From the UHGV virus genome UHGV-0132370: 15,932 nucleotides of DNA. The stretch is one strand, 5' to 3'. Of this stretch, positions 7,764 to 15,882 are shown one piece after another. This DNA is from a virus. Below the pieces are notes generated by a model. That model had not been told where the DNA came from and made no database searches. It saw only the letters and a list, made by a program, of their open reading frames with translations. Positions within the stretch are counted from its first letter, which is position 1; each line of letters begins with the position of its first letter. Made by a program: the position numbers and the translations under genes.

Positions 7764-8268
7764 CAGGCTGCCCTCACGATATAGTTAAATGCGACGTTGC
7801 GCGGGTAACCTTCTTGGTTTCCAAAGGTGGGGCTCTGCGTAGTCACAGAAGTAGCAGAGTTGTTGTTTGTCCCGCCGCTGCCGCCAAGTGATCGGATAAC
7901 GCCGCCGTCGCCTGCTGTCGCTGCTGGCCCTAACTCCCTACCGTTCTGCGATGGTACAGTTGTACTAGTTGGGATGCTGCCGCTAGCCGATGTCCAAATT
8001 TCCAAGCCGTGGACGTGCGATCCTGGAGACCATCCCTGGCTAGACCCTATCGAACGCCCTGGATCAACCCCTCGCCCATCATCCCATCCACGAATAAATT
8101 CACCGCGCAGGTCTGGCAGCAAAAGACCGGGGTAAGCGAGAGCAAGCTTCGGATATTGGGAGGCGATAAATGGCGCACCGTTGCATTTCAACCAGCCTGT
8201 TGGCGGAGTTGCTAAAGGCCACGGAACAGGGACACCAACAGGTAATGCAGAGCCTTCTCCCAAACCAA
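7763..8268 (-). CDS. Alternative tail-fibre C-terminal cassette (H'), 167 codons, lacks own promoter and start; in frame with H constant part after inversion
   Basis: - strand frame reads GLGEGSALPVGVPVPWPLATPPTGWLKCNGAPF... starting inside the right crossover site; the GLGE codons (ggtttgggagaa) are the same as the GLGE codons of H at the left site. Confidence 0.7.
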
Positions 8269-8280
8269 CGTTTAAGAAAA
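8255..8280. repeat. Right crossover-like site (26 bp, ttctcccaaacc-aa-cgtttaagaaaa), inverted relative to the left site
   Basis: 12-2-12 organisation; 8255..8268 is the exact reverse complement of 6388..6401; lies about 55 bp upstream of the invertase start. Confidence 0.75.
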
Positions 8281-8335
8281 TGCAGAGGTAACAGCTAACT
8301 GGCATCATCTCCGGTTTTTATTCAGGGGGATGATC

Positions 8336-8902
8336 ATGCTTATTGGCTATGTACGCGTGTCAACAAATGACCAGAACACCGATTTGCAACGTAATGCACT
8401 GAACTGCGCGGGATGTGAGCGGATTTTTGAGGACAAAATCAGTGGCACTAAGTCCGACAGACCGGGGCTGAAAAAACTACTCAGGACACTATCGGCAGGA
8501 GACACGCTGGTTGTCTGGAAGCTGGACAGGTTGGGGCGCAGTATGCGGCATCTTGTTACGCTGATAGAAGAGTTGCGCCAGCGTGGTGTGAATTTCAGAA
8601 GCCTGACTGACAGTATTGATACCAGTACCCCAATGGGCCGTTTCTTTTTTCATGTCATGGGTGCCCTAGCTGAAATGGAACGCGAACTGATAGTTGAACG
8701 TACCAGGGCGGGGCTGGCTGCAGCTCGTGATAAAGGCAGAGTAGGTGGACGCCGTCCTAAGTTGACCACCGAACAGTGGGCACAGATTGGACGCTTACTC
8801 GAGGCCGGAGAATCAAGACAGCGTATTGCACTGATTTTTGATGTGGGTGTTTCCACAATTTATAGAAAATTTCCGGCAAATAAGAGTAATGAATCCCCCT
8901 GA
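8336..8902 (+). CDS. Serine DNA invertase, Gin/Hin/Cin/Pin family
   Basis: N-terminus MLIGYVRVSTNDQNTDLQRNAL... with the catalytic serine in YVRVSTNDQ, plus VVWKLDRLGRSMRHL and SLTDSIDTSTPMGRFFFHVMGALAEMERELIVERT, and a C-terminal HTH-like tail; ATG 8336 has better spacing to GGGGGA (8325-8330) than the in-frame ATG 8330. Confidence 0.9.
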   Translation: MLIGYVRVSTNDQNTDLQRNALNCAGCERIFEDKISGTKSDRPGLKKLLRTLSAGDTLVVWKLDRLGRSMRHLVTLIEELRQRGVNFRSLTDSIDTSTPMGRFFFHVMGALAEMERELIVERTRAGLAAARDKGRVGGRRPKLTTEQWAQIGRLLEAGESRQRIALIFDVGVSTIYRKFPANKSNESP

Positions 8903-8950
8903 ATCAGCATTATGTTGATTATCCCTGCAAGCAGACAAATACCGTTATTT

Positions 8951-8968
8951 TGTGTGAATAACGACACA
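8951..8968 (+). promoter_or_regulatory. TGT-N12-ACA dyad (tgtgtgaataacgacaca), candidate late activator site of the promoter preceding FI
   Basis: Dyad about 85 bp upstream of the FI ATG in the 142-bp gap after the invertase; spacing leaves roughly a 30-nt leader containing CAGGAGG (9029-9035). Confidence 0.55.
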
Positions 8969-9044
8969 ACTGCGCTTAGCTGTTTGTCAGGCACAATCAC
9001 TTCAACATAGGGCGAAGCCTAATCCAATCAGGAGGTTCGCCACT

Positions 9045-10217
9045 ATGGCTCAGGATTACCACCACGGGGTGCGCGTTGTTGAAGTCAACGAAGGCACCCG
9101 ATCTATTACCACGGTGAGCACCGCCATCGTGGGTATGGTCTGCACGGGCGATGATGCCGATGCAAAAATGTTTCCTCTTAATAAACCCGTGCTGATCACT
9201 GATGTGCTGACTGCCAGCGGTAAAGCGGGTGAGTCCGGTACTCTGGCCCGTTCGCTGGATGCCATCGCTGACCAGGCAAAACCCGTGACCATTGTTGTGC
9301 GTGTGCCGCAGGGTGAAACGGAAGACGAAACCACGACCAATATCATCGGCGCAGTGACTGCTGAAGGTAAAAAAACAGGTATGAAAGCCCTGTTATCTGC
9401 CCAGTCACAGCTCGGCGTTAAACCGCGCATTCTCGGCGTGCCAGGCCACGACACCAAGGCGGTAGCTACTGAGTTGCTGAGCGTGGCGCAAAGCCTGCGT
9501 GGATTTGCTTACCTGTCAGCGTATGGCTGCAAGACAGTGCAGGAGGCGATCACTTACCGCGAAAACTTCAGCCAGCGCGAAGGGATGCTGATCTGGCCTG
9601 ACTTTACTGGCTGGGACACGGTGCTGAATGCCGAAGCAACGGCATATGCCACCGCCCGTGCGCTTGGTCTGCGCGCCAAAATTGACGAGCAGACCGGATG
9701 GCACAAAAGCCTGTCCAATGTGGGCGTGAACGGTGTCACCGGAATTTCTGCAGATGTGTTCTGGGATCTGCAGGACCCGGCAACCGATGCAGGTCTGCTG
9801 AACCAGAACGACGTCACCACGCTTGTGCGTAAAGACGGTTTCCGCTTCTGGGGGTCCCGCTGCCTGAGTGATGACCCGCTCTTTGCCTTCGAAAACTACA
9901 CCCGCACGGCGCAGGTGCTGACGGACACGATGGCAGAAGCACACATGTGGGCGGTGGATAAACCGCTTAACCCGTCGCTGGCCCGCGACATTATCGAAGG
10001 TATCCGCGCCAAAATGCGCAGACTGGTCAGTCAGGGCTATCTCATTGGTGGTGATTGCTGGCTGGATGAGTCGGTGAACGACAAAGACACGCTGAAAGCC
10101 GGAAAACTCACCATCGACTACGACTACACGCCAGTGCCGCCACTTGAAAACCTGATGCTGCGTCAGCGCATCACCGATCAGTACCTGGTGAATTTCGCCA
10201 GCCAGGTCAGCGCGTAA
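9045..10217 (+). CDS. FI: Contractile tail sheath protein FI
   Basis: 390-aa ORF beginning [19 protein letters not shown]..., closely matching my recollection of P2 FI throughout (e.g. [31 protein letters not shown]); strong RBS. Confidence 0.92.
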   Translation: MAQDYHHGVRVVEVNEGTRSITTVSTAIVGMVCTGDDADAKMFPLNKPVLITDVLTASGKAGESGTLARSLDAIADQAKPVTIVVRVPQGETEDETTTNIIGAVTAEGKKTGMKALLSAQSQLGVKPRILGVPGHDTKAVATELLSVAQSLRGFAYLSAYGCKTVQEAITYRENFSQREGMLIWPDFTGWDTVLNAEATAYATARALGLRAKIDEQTGWHKSLSNVGVNGVTGISADVFWDLQDPATDAGLLNQNDVTTLVRKDGFRFWGSRCLSDDPLFAFENYTRTAQVLTDTMAEAHMWAVDKPLNPSLARDIIEGIRAKMRRLVSQGYLIGGDCWLDESVNDKDTLKAGKLTIDYDYTPVPPLENLMLRQRITDQYLVNFASQVSA

Positions 10218-10226
10218 GGGGACAAC

Positions 10227-10742
10227 ATGGCTTTACCACGCAAATTAAAACACCTGAACCTGTTTAACGACGGGAACAACTGGCAGGGGATCGTTGAGTC
10301 GCTGACGCTGCCGAAATTTACCCGCAAATATGAGAAGTATCGCGGCGGCGGAATGCCGGGTGCGGTGGATGTGGATCTGGGGCTTGATGACAGTGCGCTG
10401 GACACAGAATTTTCCATTGGTGGTACTGAATTGCTGCTGTTTAAACAGATGGGTAAAGCCACGGTGGATGGCATCCAGCTGCGCTTTACCGGCTCTATTC
10501 AGCGTGACGATACCGGGGAAGTGCAGGCCGTGGAGCTTGTCGTGCGTGGACGTCACAAAGAAGTGGATTCCGGCGAGTGGAAGACGGGCGAAAGCAACAC
10601 CACCAAAGTGACCAGTACCAACAGCTACGCGAAGCTGACCATCAATGGTGAGGTGCTCTATGAAGTGGACCTTATCAACATGGTGGAAATTGTGGACGGT
10701 GTGGACCTGATGGAAGCGCACCGCAACGCCCTCGGCCTCTGA
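10227..10742 (+). CDS. FII: Tail tube protein FII
   Basis: 171-aa ORF 9 bp after FI; size and position as P2 FII. Confidence 0.88.
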   Translation: MALPRKLKHLNLFNDGNNWQGIVESLTLPKFTRKYEKYRGGGMPGAVDVDLGLDDSALDTEFSIGGTELLLFKQMGKATVDGIQLRFTGSIQRDDTGEVQAVELVVRGRHKEVDSGEWKTGESNTTKVTSTNSYAKLTINGEVLYEVDLINMVEIVDGVDLMEAHRNALGL

Positions 10743-10753
10743 TATATCTGAAC

Positions 10754-10771
10754 GGCGCGGGATACCGCGCC
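10754..10771 (+). other. GC-rich stem-loop (ggcgcgg-gata-ccgcgcc) in the FII-E intergenic gap; not followed by a U-tract
   Basis: 7-bp perfect stem with 4-nt loop seen directly; the downstream sequence agaacccaattgac is not T-rich, so this is not a canonical intrinsic terminator. Confidence 0.35.
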
Positions 10772-10796
10772 AGAACCCAATTGACAGGACAGCAAA

Positions 10797-11099
10797 ATGA
10801 GCGATAAGCAGACTGAAAAGACCATTCAACTGGATACCCCCATCAAGCGCGGTAAAACAGAAATCACCGAAATTGTGCTGCGTAAACCGCAGTCCGGTGC
10901 GCTGCGCGGTACACGCCTGCAGGCCATTATGGATATGGATGTAAACGCGATGATGACCGTGATCCCCCGCATCTCCAGTCCGGCACTGACTGCACAGGAA
11001 ATTGCAGAGATGGACCCGGCAGATCTCACTGCCATGTCGGTTGAGGTTGTCACTTTTTTGTTGAAGAAGTCGGTGCTTGCCGGTTTACCGACAGCCTGA
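10797..11099 (+). CDS. E: Tail assembly chaperone E (0-frame product)
   Basis: 100-aa ORF at the gpE position between FII and T; contains the slippery heptamer near its 3' end. Confidence 0.85.
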   Translation: MSDKQTEKTIQLDTPIKRGKTEITEIVLRKPQSGALRGTRLQAIMDMDVNAMMTVIPRISSPALTAQEIAEMDPADLTAMSVEVVTFLLKKSVLAGLPTA

Positions 11100-11233
11100 C
11101 GGTTGACGATCTGGTGGCAGATATCGCCACCATTTTTCACTGGCCGCCATCCGTTACTGACGTTATGCCGCTGACCGAAGTGCTGGAATGGCGGTATAAA
11201 GCGATTCAGAGAAGCGGGGCCAACGATGAGTGA
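10797..11233 (+). CDS. E': Tail assembly chaperone E+E' (-1 programmed frameshift product; frame changes at 11054..11060, stop at 11231..11233)
   Basis: Heptamer T_TTT_TTG (11054..11060) in the E frame; the -1 frame is open from there to TGA at 11231-11233, overlapping the T start at 11226. Confidence 0.7.
11054..11060 (+). other. Slippery heptamer T_TTT_TTG for -1 ribosomal frameshift (E to E')
   Basis: X_XXY_YYZ pattern in the zero frame of E (codons act-ttt-ttg), with the -1 frame open downstream. Confidence 0.7.
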
Positions 11234-14200
11234 TAACAACCTGCGTCTGCAGGTCATTCTTAATGCGGTTGACAAGCTCACCCGCCCATTTCGATCTGCG
11301 CAGGCCAGTTCAAGAGAACTGGCTGCTGCTGTCAAAAAATCCCGCGATGCAATAAAGCAGCTTGATCAGGCCGGGAGCAGTCTGGACAGCTTCCGAAAGC
11401 TGCAGGCAGAAAATCAGAAATTAGGCGACAGGCTGAACTATGCCCGCCAGCGTGCAAATTTGCTCAGTCAGGAACTGGGAGCGATGGGGCCGCCTTCGCA
11501 ACGTCAGGTTGTTGCTCTGGGCCGTCAACGGCTGGCTGTTCAGCGCCTGGAAGAACGCCAGAAAAAGCTGCAGCAGCAGACGGCGCTTGTGCGTGCTGAA
11601 CTGTACCGGGCGGGAATTTCTGCGAAAGACGATGCGGGAGCAACTGCCCGTTTAGCCCGTGAAACATCACGTTATAACCAGGAACTTTCGAAACAGGAGG
11701 CGCGGCTGAAGCGACTGGGGGAAGCTCAGCGCAGGATGAATGCAGCGCGTGCCAGTTATGCCCGTTCGCTGGAGGTGCGTGATCGTATTGCAGGTGCCGG
11801 AGCCACCACCACGGCTGCAGGGCTGGCAATGGGTGCGCCAGTGATGGCGGCAGTAAAAAGCTATACCAGCATGGAAGATGCCATGAAAGGTGTGGCAAAG
11901 CAGGTCAATGGTCTGCGTGACGATAATGGCAACCGCACTGCACGTTTTTATGAAATGCAGGATGCCATCAAGGCTGCCAGCGAACAGTTGCCGATGGAAA
12001 ACGGTGCGGTGGACTTCGCTGCACTGGTTGAAGGTGGTGCGCGCATGAACGTCGCAAACCCTGACGACAGCTGGGAAGATCAGAAACGTGACCTGCTGGC
12101 CTTCGCCAGTACGGCAGCAAAGGCGGCAACAGCCTTTGAGCTGCCAGCGGATGAACTGTCAGAAAGTCTGGGGAAAATCGCCCAGCTCTACAAAATCCCC
12201 ACCCGCAATATTGAACAGCTCGGTGATGCGCTGAACTATCTGGATGATAACGCCATGTCGAAAGGGGCAGACATCATTGATGTGATGCAACGTCTGGGCG
12301 GTGTGGCTGACCGTCTGGATTATCGTAAAGCGGCGGCGCTGGGTTCCACCTTCCTGACACTGGGCGCTGCGCCAGAGGTTGCAGCCAGTGCAGCAAACGC
12401 GATGGTGCGTGAATTGTCCATTGCCACCATGCAAAGCAAGAGTTTCTTTGAAGGGATGAATCTGCTGAAACTCAATCCTGAAGTGATTGAAAAGCAGATG
12501 ACGAAGGATGCGATGGGAACCATCCAGCGCGTGCTGGAGAAGGTAAACGCGCTGCCGCAGGACAAGCGCCTGTCTGCCATGACTATGTTGTTTGGTAAAG
12601 AGTTTGGCGATGACGCGGCGAAACTGGCAAACAACCTGCCGGAACTGCAGCGTCAGTTAAAACTGACAGCGGGCAATGATGCGCTCGGCTCCATGCAGAA
12701 AGAATCCGACATTAACAAGGATTCACTTTCTGCGCAGTGGTTGCTGGTCAAAACCGGAGCGCAGAACACCTTCAGCAGCCTGGGCGAAACGCTGCGCCAG
12801 CCGCTGATGGATATTCTGTACACGGTGAAAAGCGTCACGGGGGCGTTGCGTCGCTGGGTGGAAGCTAACCCGGAACTGACAGGCACACTGATGAAAGCAT
12901 CGGCTGTTGTGGCTGCGGTTACCGTCGGCCTCGGCACCTTAGCGGTGGCGCTGGCTGCAGTGCTGGGGCCGCTGGCAGTGATCCGTCTGGGATTCTCTGT
13001 GTTGGGTATCAAAACGTTATCTTCCGTTACGGCAGCAGTAACTCGAACCAGCAGCGCGTTGTCCTGGCTGGCTGGCGCACCACTGGCACTGCTGCGACGC
13101 GGGCTTGCTTCATCGGGCAACGCCGCAGGTTTACTTACTGCGCTGTTGTCGTCTTTGCGCCGCACGGCATCACTGACGGGAAATGTCCTGAAAACTGTAG
13201 CAGGTGCGCCAGTTGCACTTTTGCGGTCTGGATTATCCGGTTTACGTGCTGTTGCTGTGATGTTTATGAATCCTCTGGCGGTACTGCGCGGTGGACTGGC
13301 AGCCGCAGGCGCGTTGCTGCGAGTGCTTGCATCTGGTCCGCTGGCGATGCTGCGCGTTGCCCTGTATGCCATATCTGGTCTGTTAGGTGCTCTGCTTAGT
13401 CCGATAGGTCTTGTGGTTACTGCACTGGCGGGTGTGGCGCTGGTTGTCTGGAAATACTGGCAACCCATCACCGCATTTCTCGGTGGCGTGGTGGAAGGAT
13501 TCAAAGCGGCGGCAGGTCCCATCAGTGCAGCGTTTGAACCACTTAAGCCCGTGTTCCAGTGGATTGGCGACAAAGTGCAGGCGCTGTGGGGCTGGTTTAC
13601 TGATCTGCTGACGCCTGTTAAGTCGACCTCTGCCGAACTGCAGAGCGCAGCGGCAATGGGGCGACGATTCGGGGAGGCACTGGCGGAAGGGCTGAATATG
13701 GTCATGCATCCGCTGGACTCCCTGAAATCCGGCGTTTCCTGGTTGCTGGATAAACTCGGCATTGTCAGTAAAGAGGCTGCAAAGGCGAAACTGCCGGAAA
13801 GCGTGACGCGTCAGCAACCTGCGACGGTGAATGCAGACGGTAAAGTGATGATGCCATCGGGTGGTTTTCCGTCATGGGGATATGGCTTTGCGGGGATGTA
13901 TGACAGCGGCGGCTATATCCCGCGCGGGCAGTTTGGCATCGTCGGTGAAAACGGGCCGGAAATTGTCAACGGCCCGGCAAACGTGACCAGCCGGAGAAAT
14001 ACCGCTGCACTGGCTGCGGTTGTTGCCGGAATGATGGGCGTTGCTGCCGCGCCTACAGAGCTTCCATCGTTACATCCTTTGGCACTTCCCGCGAAAGGCG
14101 GCGAAGCGATGGTGAGTCGTGCAGCCACTGTGCCGCCCGTTCAACGGATTGAGGCACCGACGCAGATCATCATTCAGACGCAGCCAGGACAAAGTGCGCA

Positions 14201-14303
14201 GGATATTGCGCGGGAGGTGGCCCGCCAGCTTGATGAACGTGAACGCAGGCTGAAGGCAAAAGCTAGGAGTAACTACAGCGATCAGGGGGGATACGACGCA
14301 TGA
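11226..14303 (+). CDS. T: Tail tape measure protein T (1025 aa)
   Basis: Long ORF after E/E'; coiled-coil-prone N-terminal third, central and C-terminal Ala/Leu/Gly-rich hydrophobic repeats; position as P2 gpT. Confidence 0.9.
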   Translation: MSDNNLRLQVILNAVDKLTRPFRSAQASSRELAAAVKKSRDAIKQLDQAGSSLDSFRKLQAENQKLGDRLNYARQRANLLSQELGAMGPPSQRQVVALGRQRLAVQRLEERQKKLQQQTALVRAELYRAGISAKDDAGATARLARETSRYNQELSKQEARLKRLGEAQRRMNAARASYARSLEVRDRIAGAGATTTAAGLAMGAPVMAAVKSYTSMEDAMKGVAKQVNGLRDDNGNRTARFYEMQDAIKAASEQLPMENGAVDFAALVEGGARMNVANPDDSWEDQKRDLLAFASTAAKAATAFELPADELSESLGKIAQLYKIPTRNIEQLGDALNYLDDNAMSKGADIIDVMQRLGGVADRLDYRKAAALGSTFLTLGAAPEVAASAANAMVRELSIATMQSKSFFEGMNLLKLNPEVIEKQMTKDAMGTIQRVLEKVNALPQDKRLSAMTMLFGKEFGDDAAKLANNLPELQRQLKLTAGNDALGSMQKESDINKDSLSAQWLLVKTGAQNTFSSLGETLRQPLMDILYTVKSVTGALRRWVEANPELTGTLMKASAVVAAVTVGLGTLAVALAAVLGPLAVIRLGFSVLGIKTLSSVTAAVTRTSSALSWLAGAPLALLRRGLASSGNAAGLLTALLSSLRRTASLTGNVLKTVAGAPVALLRSGLSGLRAVAVMFMNPLAVLRGGLAAAGALLRVLASGPLAMLRVALYAISGLLGALLSPIGLVVTALAGVALVVWKYWQPITAFLGGVVEGFKAAAGPISAAFEPLKPVFQWIGDKVQALWGWFTDLLTPVKSTSAELQSAAAMGRRFGEALAEGLNMVMHPLDSLKSGVSWLLDKLGIVSKEAAKAKLPESVTRQQPATVNADGKVMMPSGGFPSWGYGFAGMYDSGGYIPRGQFGIVGENGPEIVNGPANVTSRRNTAALAAVVAGMMGVAAAPTELPSLHPLALPAKGGEAMVSRAATVPPVQRIEAPTQIIIQTQPGQSAQDIAREVARQLDERERRLKAKARSNYSDQGGYDA

Positions 14304-14785
14304 TGATGGTGCTGGGATTGTACGTGTTTATGCTGCGCACCGTGCCGTATCAGGAGCTGCAGTATCAACGCAGCTGGCGACATGCGGCAAACAGCCGGGT
14401 AAACCGACGTCCGTCCACGCAGTTTCTGGGACCGGACAACGACATGCTGACGCTTTCCGGTGTTCTTATGCCGGAGATAACAGGTGGCAGGATGTCGTTG
14501 CTGGCACTGGAGCAGATGGCAGAACAGGGGAAAGCATGGCCCCTGATTGAAGGCAGCGGCACGATTTATGGCATGTATGTGATTGAGGGACTGAATCAGA
14601 CTAAAACGGAGTTTTTCCGCGATGGTATGCCGCGCCGGATTGAGTTTACCCTGTCGCTCAAACGGGTGGATGAATCCCTGTCCGATATGTTCGGTGATCT
14701 CAGTACGCAGCTGAATAATTTGCAGGATACGGCAACGTCTGCCTTAAGCGATATCAGTAAAACGGTGGGAGGGCTGCTGTCGTGA
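14300..14785 (+). CDS. U: Tail protein U
   Basis: 161-aa ORF, ATGA overlap with T stop; size and position as P2 gpU. Confidence 0.85.
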   Translation: MMMVLGLYVFMLRTVPYQELQYQRSWRHAANSRVNRRPSTQFLGPDNDMLTLSGVLMPEITGGRMSLLALEQMAEQGKAWPLIEGSGTIYGMYVIEGLNQTKTEFFRDGMPRRIEFTLSLKRVDESLSDMFGDLSTQLNNLQDTATSALSDISKTVGGLLS

Positions 14786-15882
14786 ATTTCAGCTCTGAAC
14801 TGCTTAACAAAGGCAACAAAACTCCCGCATTCAGCATCAGTATTGAGGGGAAGGATATCACCACTGTGCTGGATAACCGCCTGATGAGTCTGACGTTGAC
14901 GGACAATCGGGGCTTTGAAGCAGACCAGCTTGATCTGGAGCTGGACGACGCCGACGGAAAAATCGTGCTGCCGCGCCGTGGTGCGGTCATCACGCTGGCG
15001 CTGGGCTGGAAGGGGCAGCCGCTTTTCCCGAAAGGGGCATTCACGGTGGACGAGATTGAACACACCGGCGCACCGGATCGCCTGACTATCCGGGCGCGAA
15101 GTGCTGATTTTAGGGAAACGCTGAATACCCGCCGTGAAAAATCGTGGCACAAGACCACTGTCGGGGAAGTGGTGAAGGAAATAGCCGCGCGTCATAAGCT
15201 GAAGATGGCACTGGGTAAAGACCTGTCGGATAAGCCCGTGGAGCATATAGACCAGACTAATGAGAGTGACGGCAGTTTTCTGATGCGGCTGGCGCGCCAG
15301 TACGGTGCCATCGCGTCGGTGAAAAATGGCAATCTGTTATTCATCCGGCAGGGACAGGGCAAAAGCGCCAGCGGTAAACCACTGCCGGTGATCTCAATCA
15401 CACGTAAGGACGGCGACAGTCACCGCTTTACCCTGGCAGATCGCGGAGCCTACACGGGCGTAATTGCCAGTTGGTTGCATACCCGCGAACCCGCGAAGAA
15501 AGAAAGCACCACGGTGAAGCGTAAGCGCAGGACTAAGAAGCAGAAGAAAGAGCCGGAAGCGAAGCAGGGCGATTACCTGGTGGGTACGGATGAAAACGTG
15601 CTGGTACTTAATCGCACTTATGCCAACCGGAGCAACGCCGAACGGGCAGCGAAAATGCAGTGGGAACGCCTGCAACGCGGCGTTGCATCATTCTCGCTAC
15701 AACTGGCGGAAGGGCGGGCAGATCTCTACACAGAAATGCCTGTGAAGGTCAGTGGCTTTAAACAGCCGATAGATGATGCGGAATGGACCATTACGACTCT
15801 GACGCATACCGTCAGCCCCGATAACGGTTTTACAACCAGTCTGGAGCTTGAAGTGAGGATTGATGATTTCGAAATGGAATGA
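14782..15882 (+). CDS. D: Tail protein D (late gene D)
   Basis: 366-aa ORF, GTG start overlapping U stop (GTGA); size and position as P2 gpD. Confidence 0.85.
   Translation: MNFSSELLNKGNKTPAFSISIEGKDITTVLDNRLMSLTLTDNRGFEADQLDLELDDADGKIVLPRRGAVITLALGWKGQPLFPKGAFTVDEIEHTGAPDRLTIRARSADFRETLNTRREKSWHKTTVGEVVKEIAARHKLKMALGKDLSDKPVEHIDQTNESDGSFLMRLARQYGAIASVKNGNLLFIRQGQGKSASGKPLPVISITRKDGDSHRFTLADRGAYTGVIASWLHTREPAKKESTTVKRKRRTKKQKKEPEAKQGDYLVGTDENVLVLNRTYANRSNAERAAKMQWERLQRGVASFSLQLAEGRADLYTEMPVKVSGFKQPIDDAEWTITTLTHTVSPDNGFTTSLELEVRIDDFEME

Larger units (their letters stand above)
6388..8268. mobile_element. Invertible DNA segment (G/C-segment-like tail-fibre switch), about 1.9 kb, bounded by inverted crossover sites
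   Basis: Bounded by inverted 14-bp repeats; contains + strand H 3' end and tfa, - strand tfa' and a start-less fibre C-terminus; adjacent serine invertase gene; lower GC than flanks. Confidence 0.75.

Noticed and set aside
7811-7830. ttcttggtttccaaaggtgg, a partial look-alike of the crossover sites inside the silent cassette
   Set aside because: Lacks the 12-2-12 dyad organisation and has no inverted partner; it encodes FGNQEG near the C-terminus of the alternative fibre domain. Probably coincidental, so I do not call a third recombination site.
8269-8308. N-terminal extension MMPVSCYLCIFLNV of the - strand fibre cassette ORF
   Set aside because: These codons lie outside the invertible segment, beyond the crossover site, in the invertase promoter region. 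The cassette is expressed only by fusion to H after inversion, so the ATG at 8308 is not a real start.
8903-8950. Possible terminator after the invertase (weak inverted repeat aatcagc...ttgatt)
   Set aside because: Imperfect stem, AT-rich and without a following T-tract; not convincing as an intrinsic terminator.
12653-13762. 369-aa ORF on the - strand inside T
   Set aside because: Low-complexity Ala/Ser/Pro/Arg-rich translation, entirely antisense to a well-supported tape measure gene with GC-rich repetitive codons; no independent start context. Treated as a shadow ORF.
14596-15246. 216-aa - strand ORF antisense to U/D
   Set aside because: Antisense to two syntenic, translationally coupled tail genes; no supporting features.
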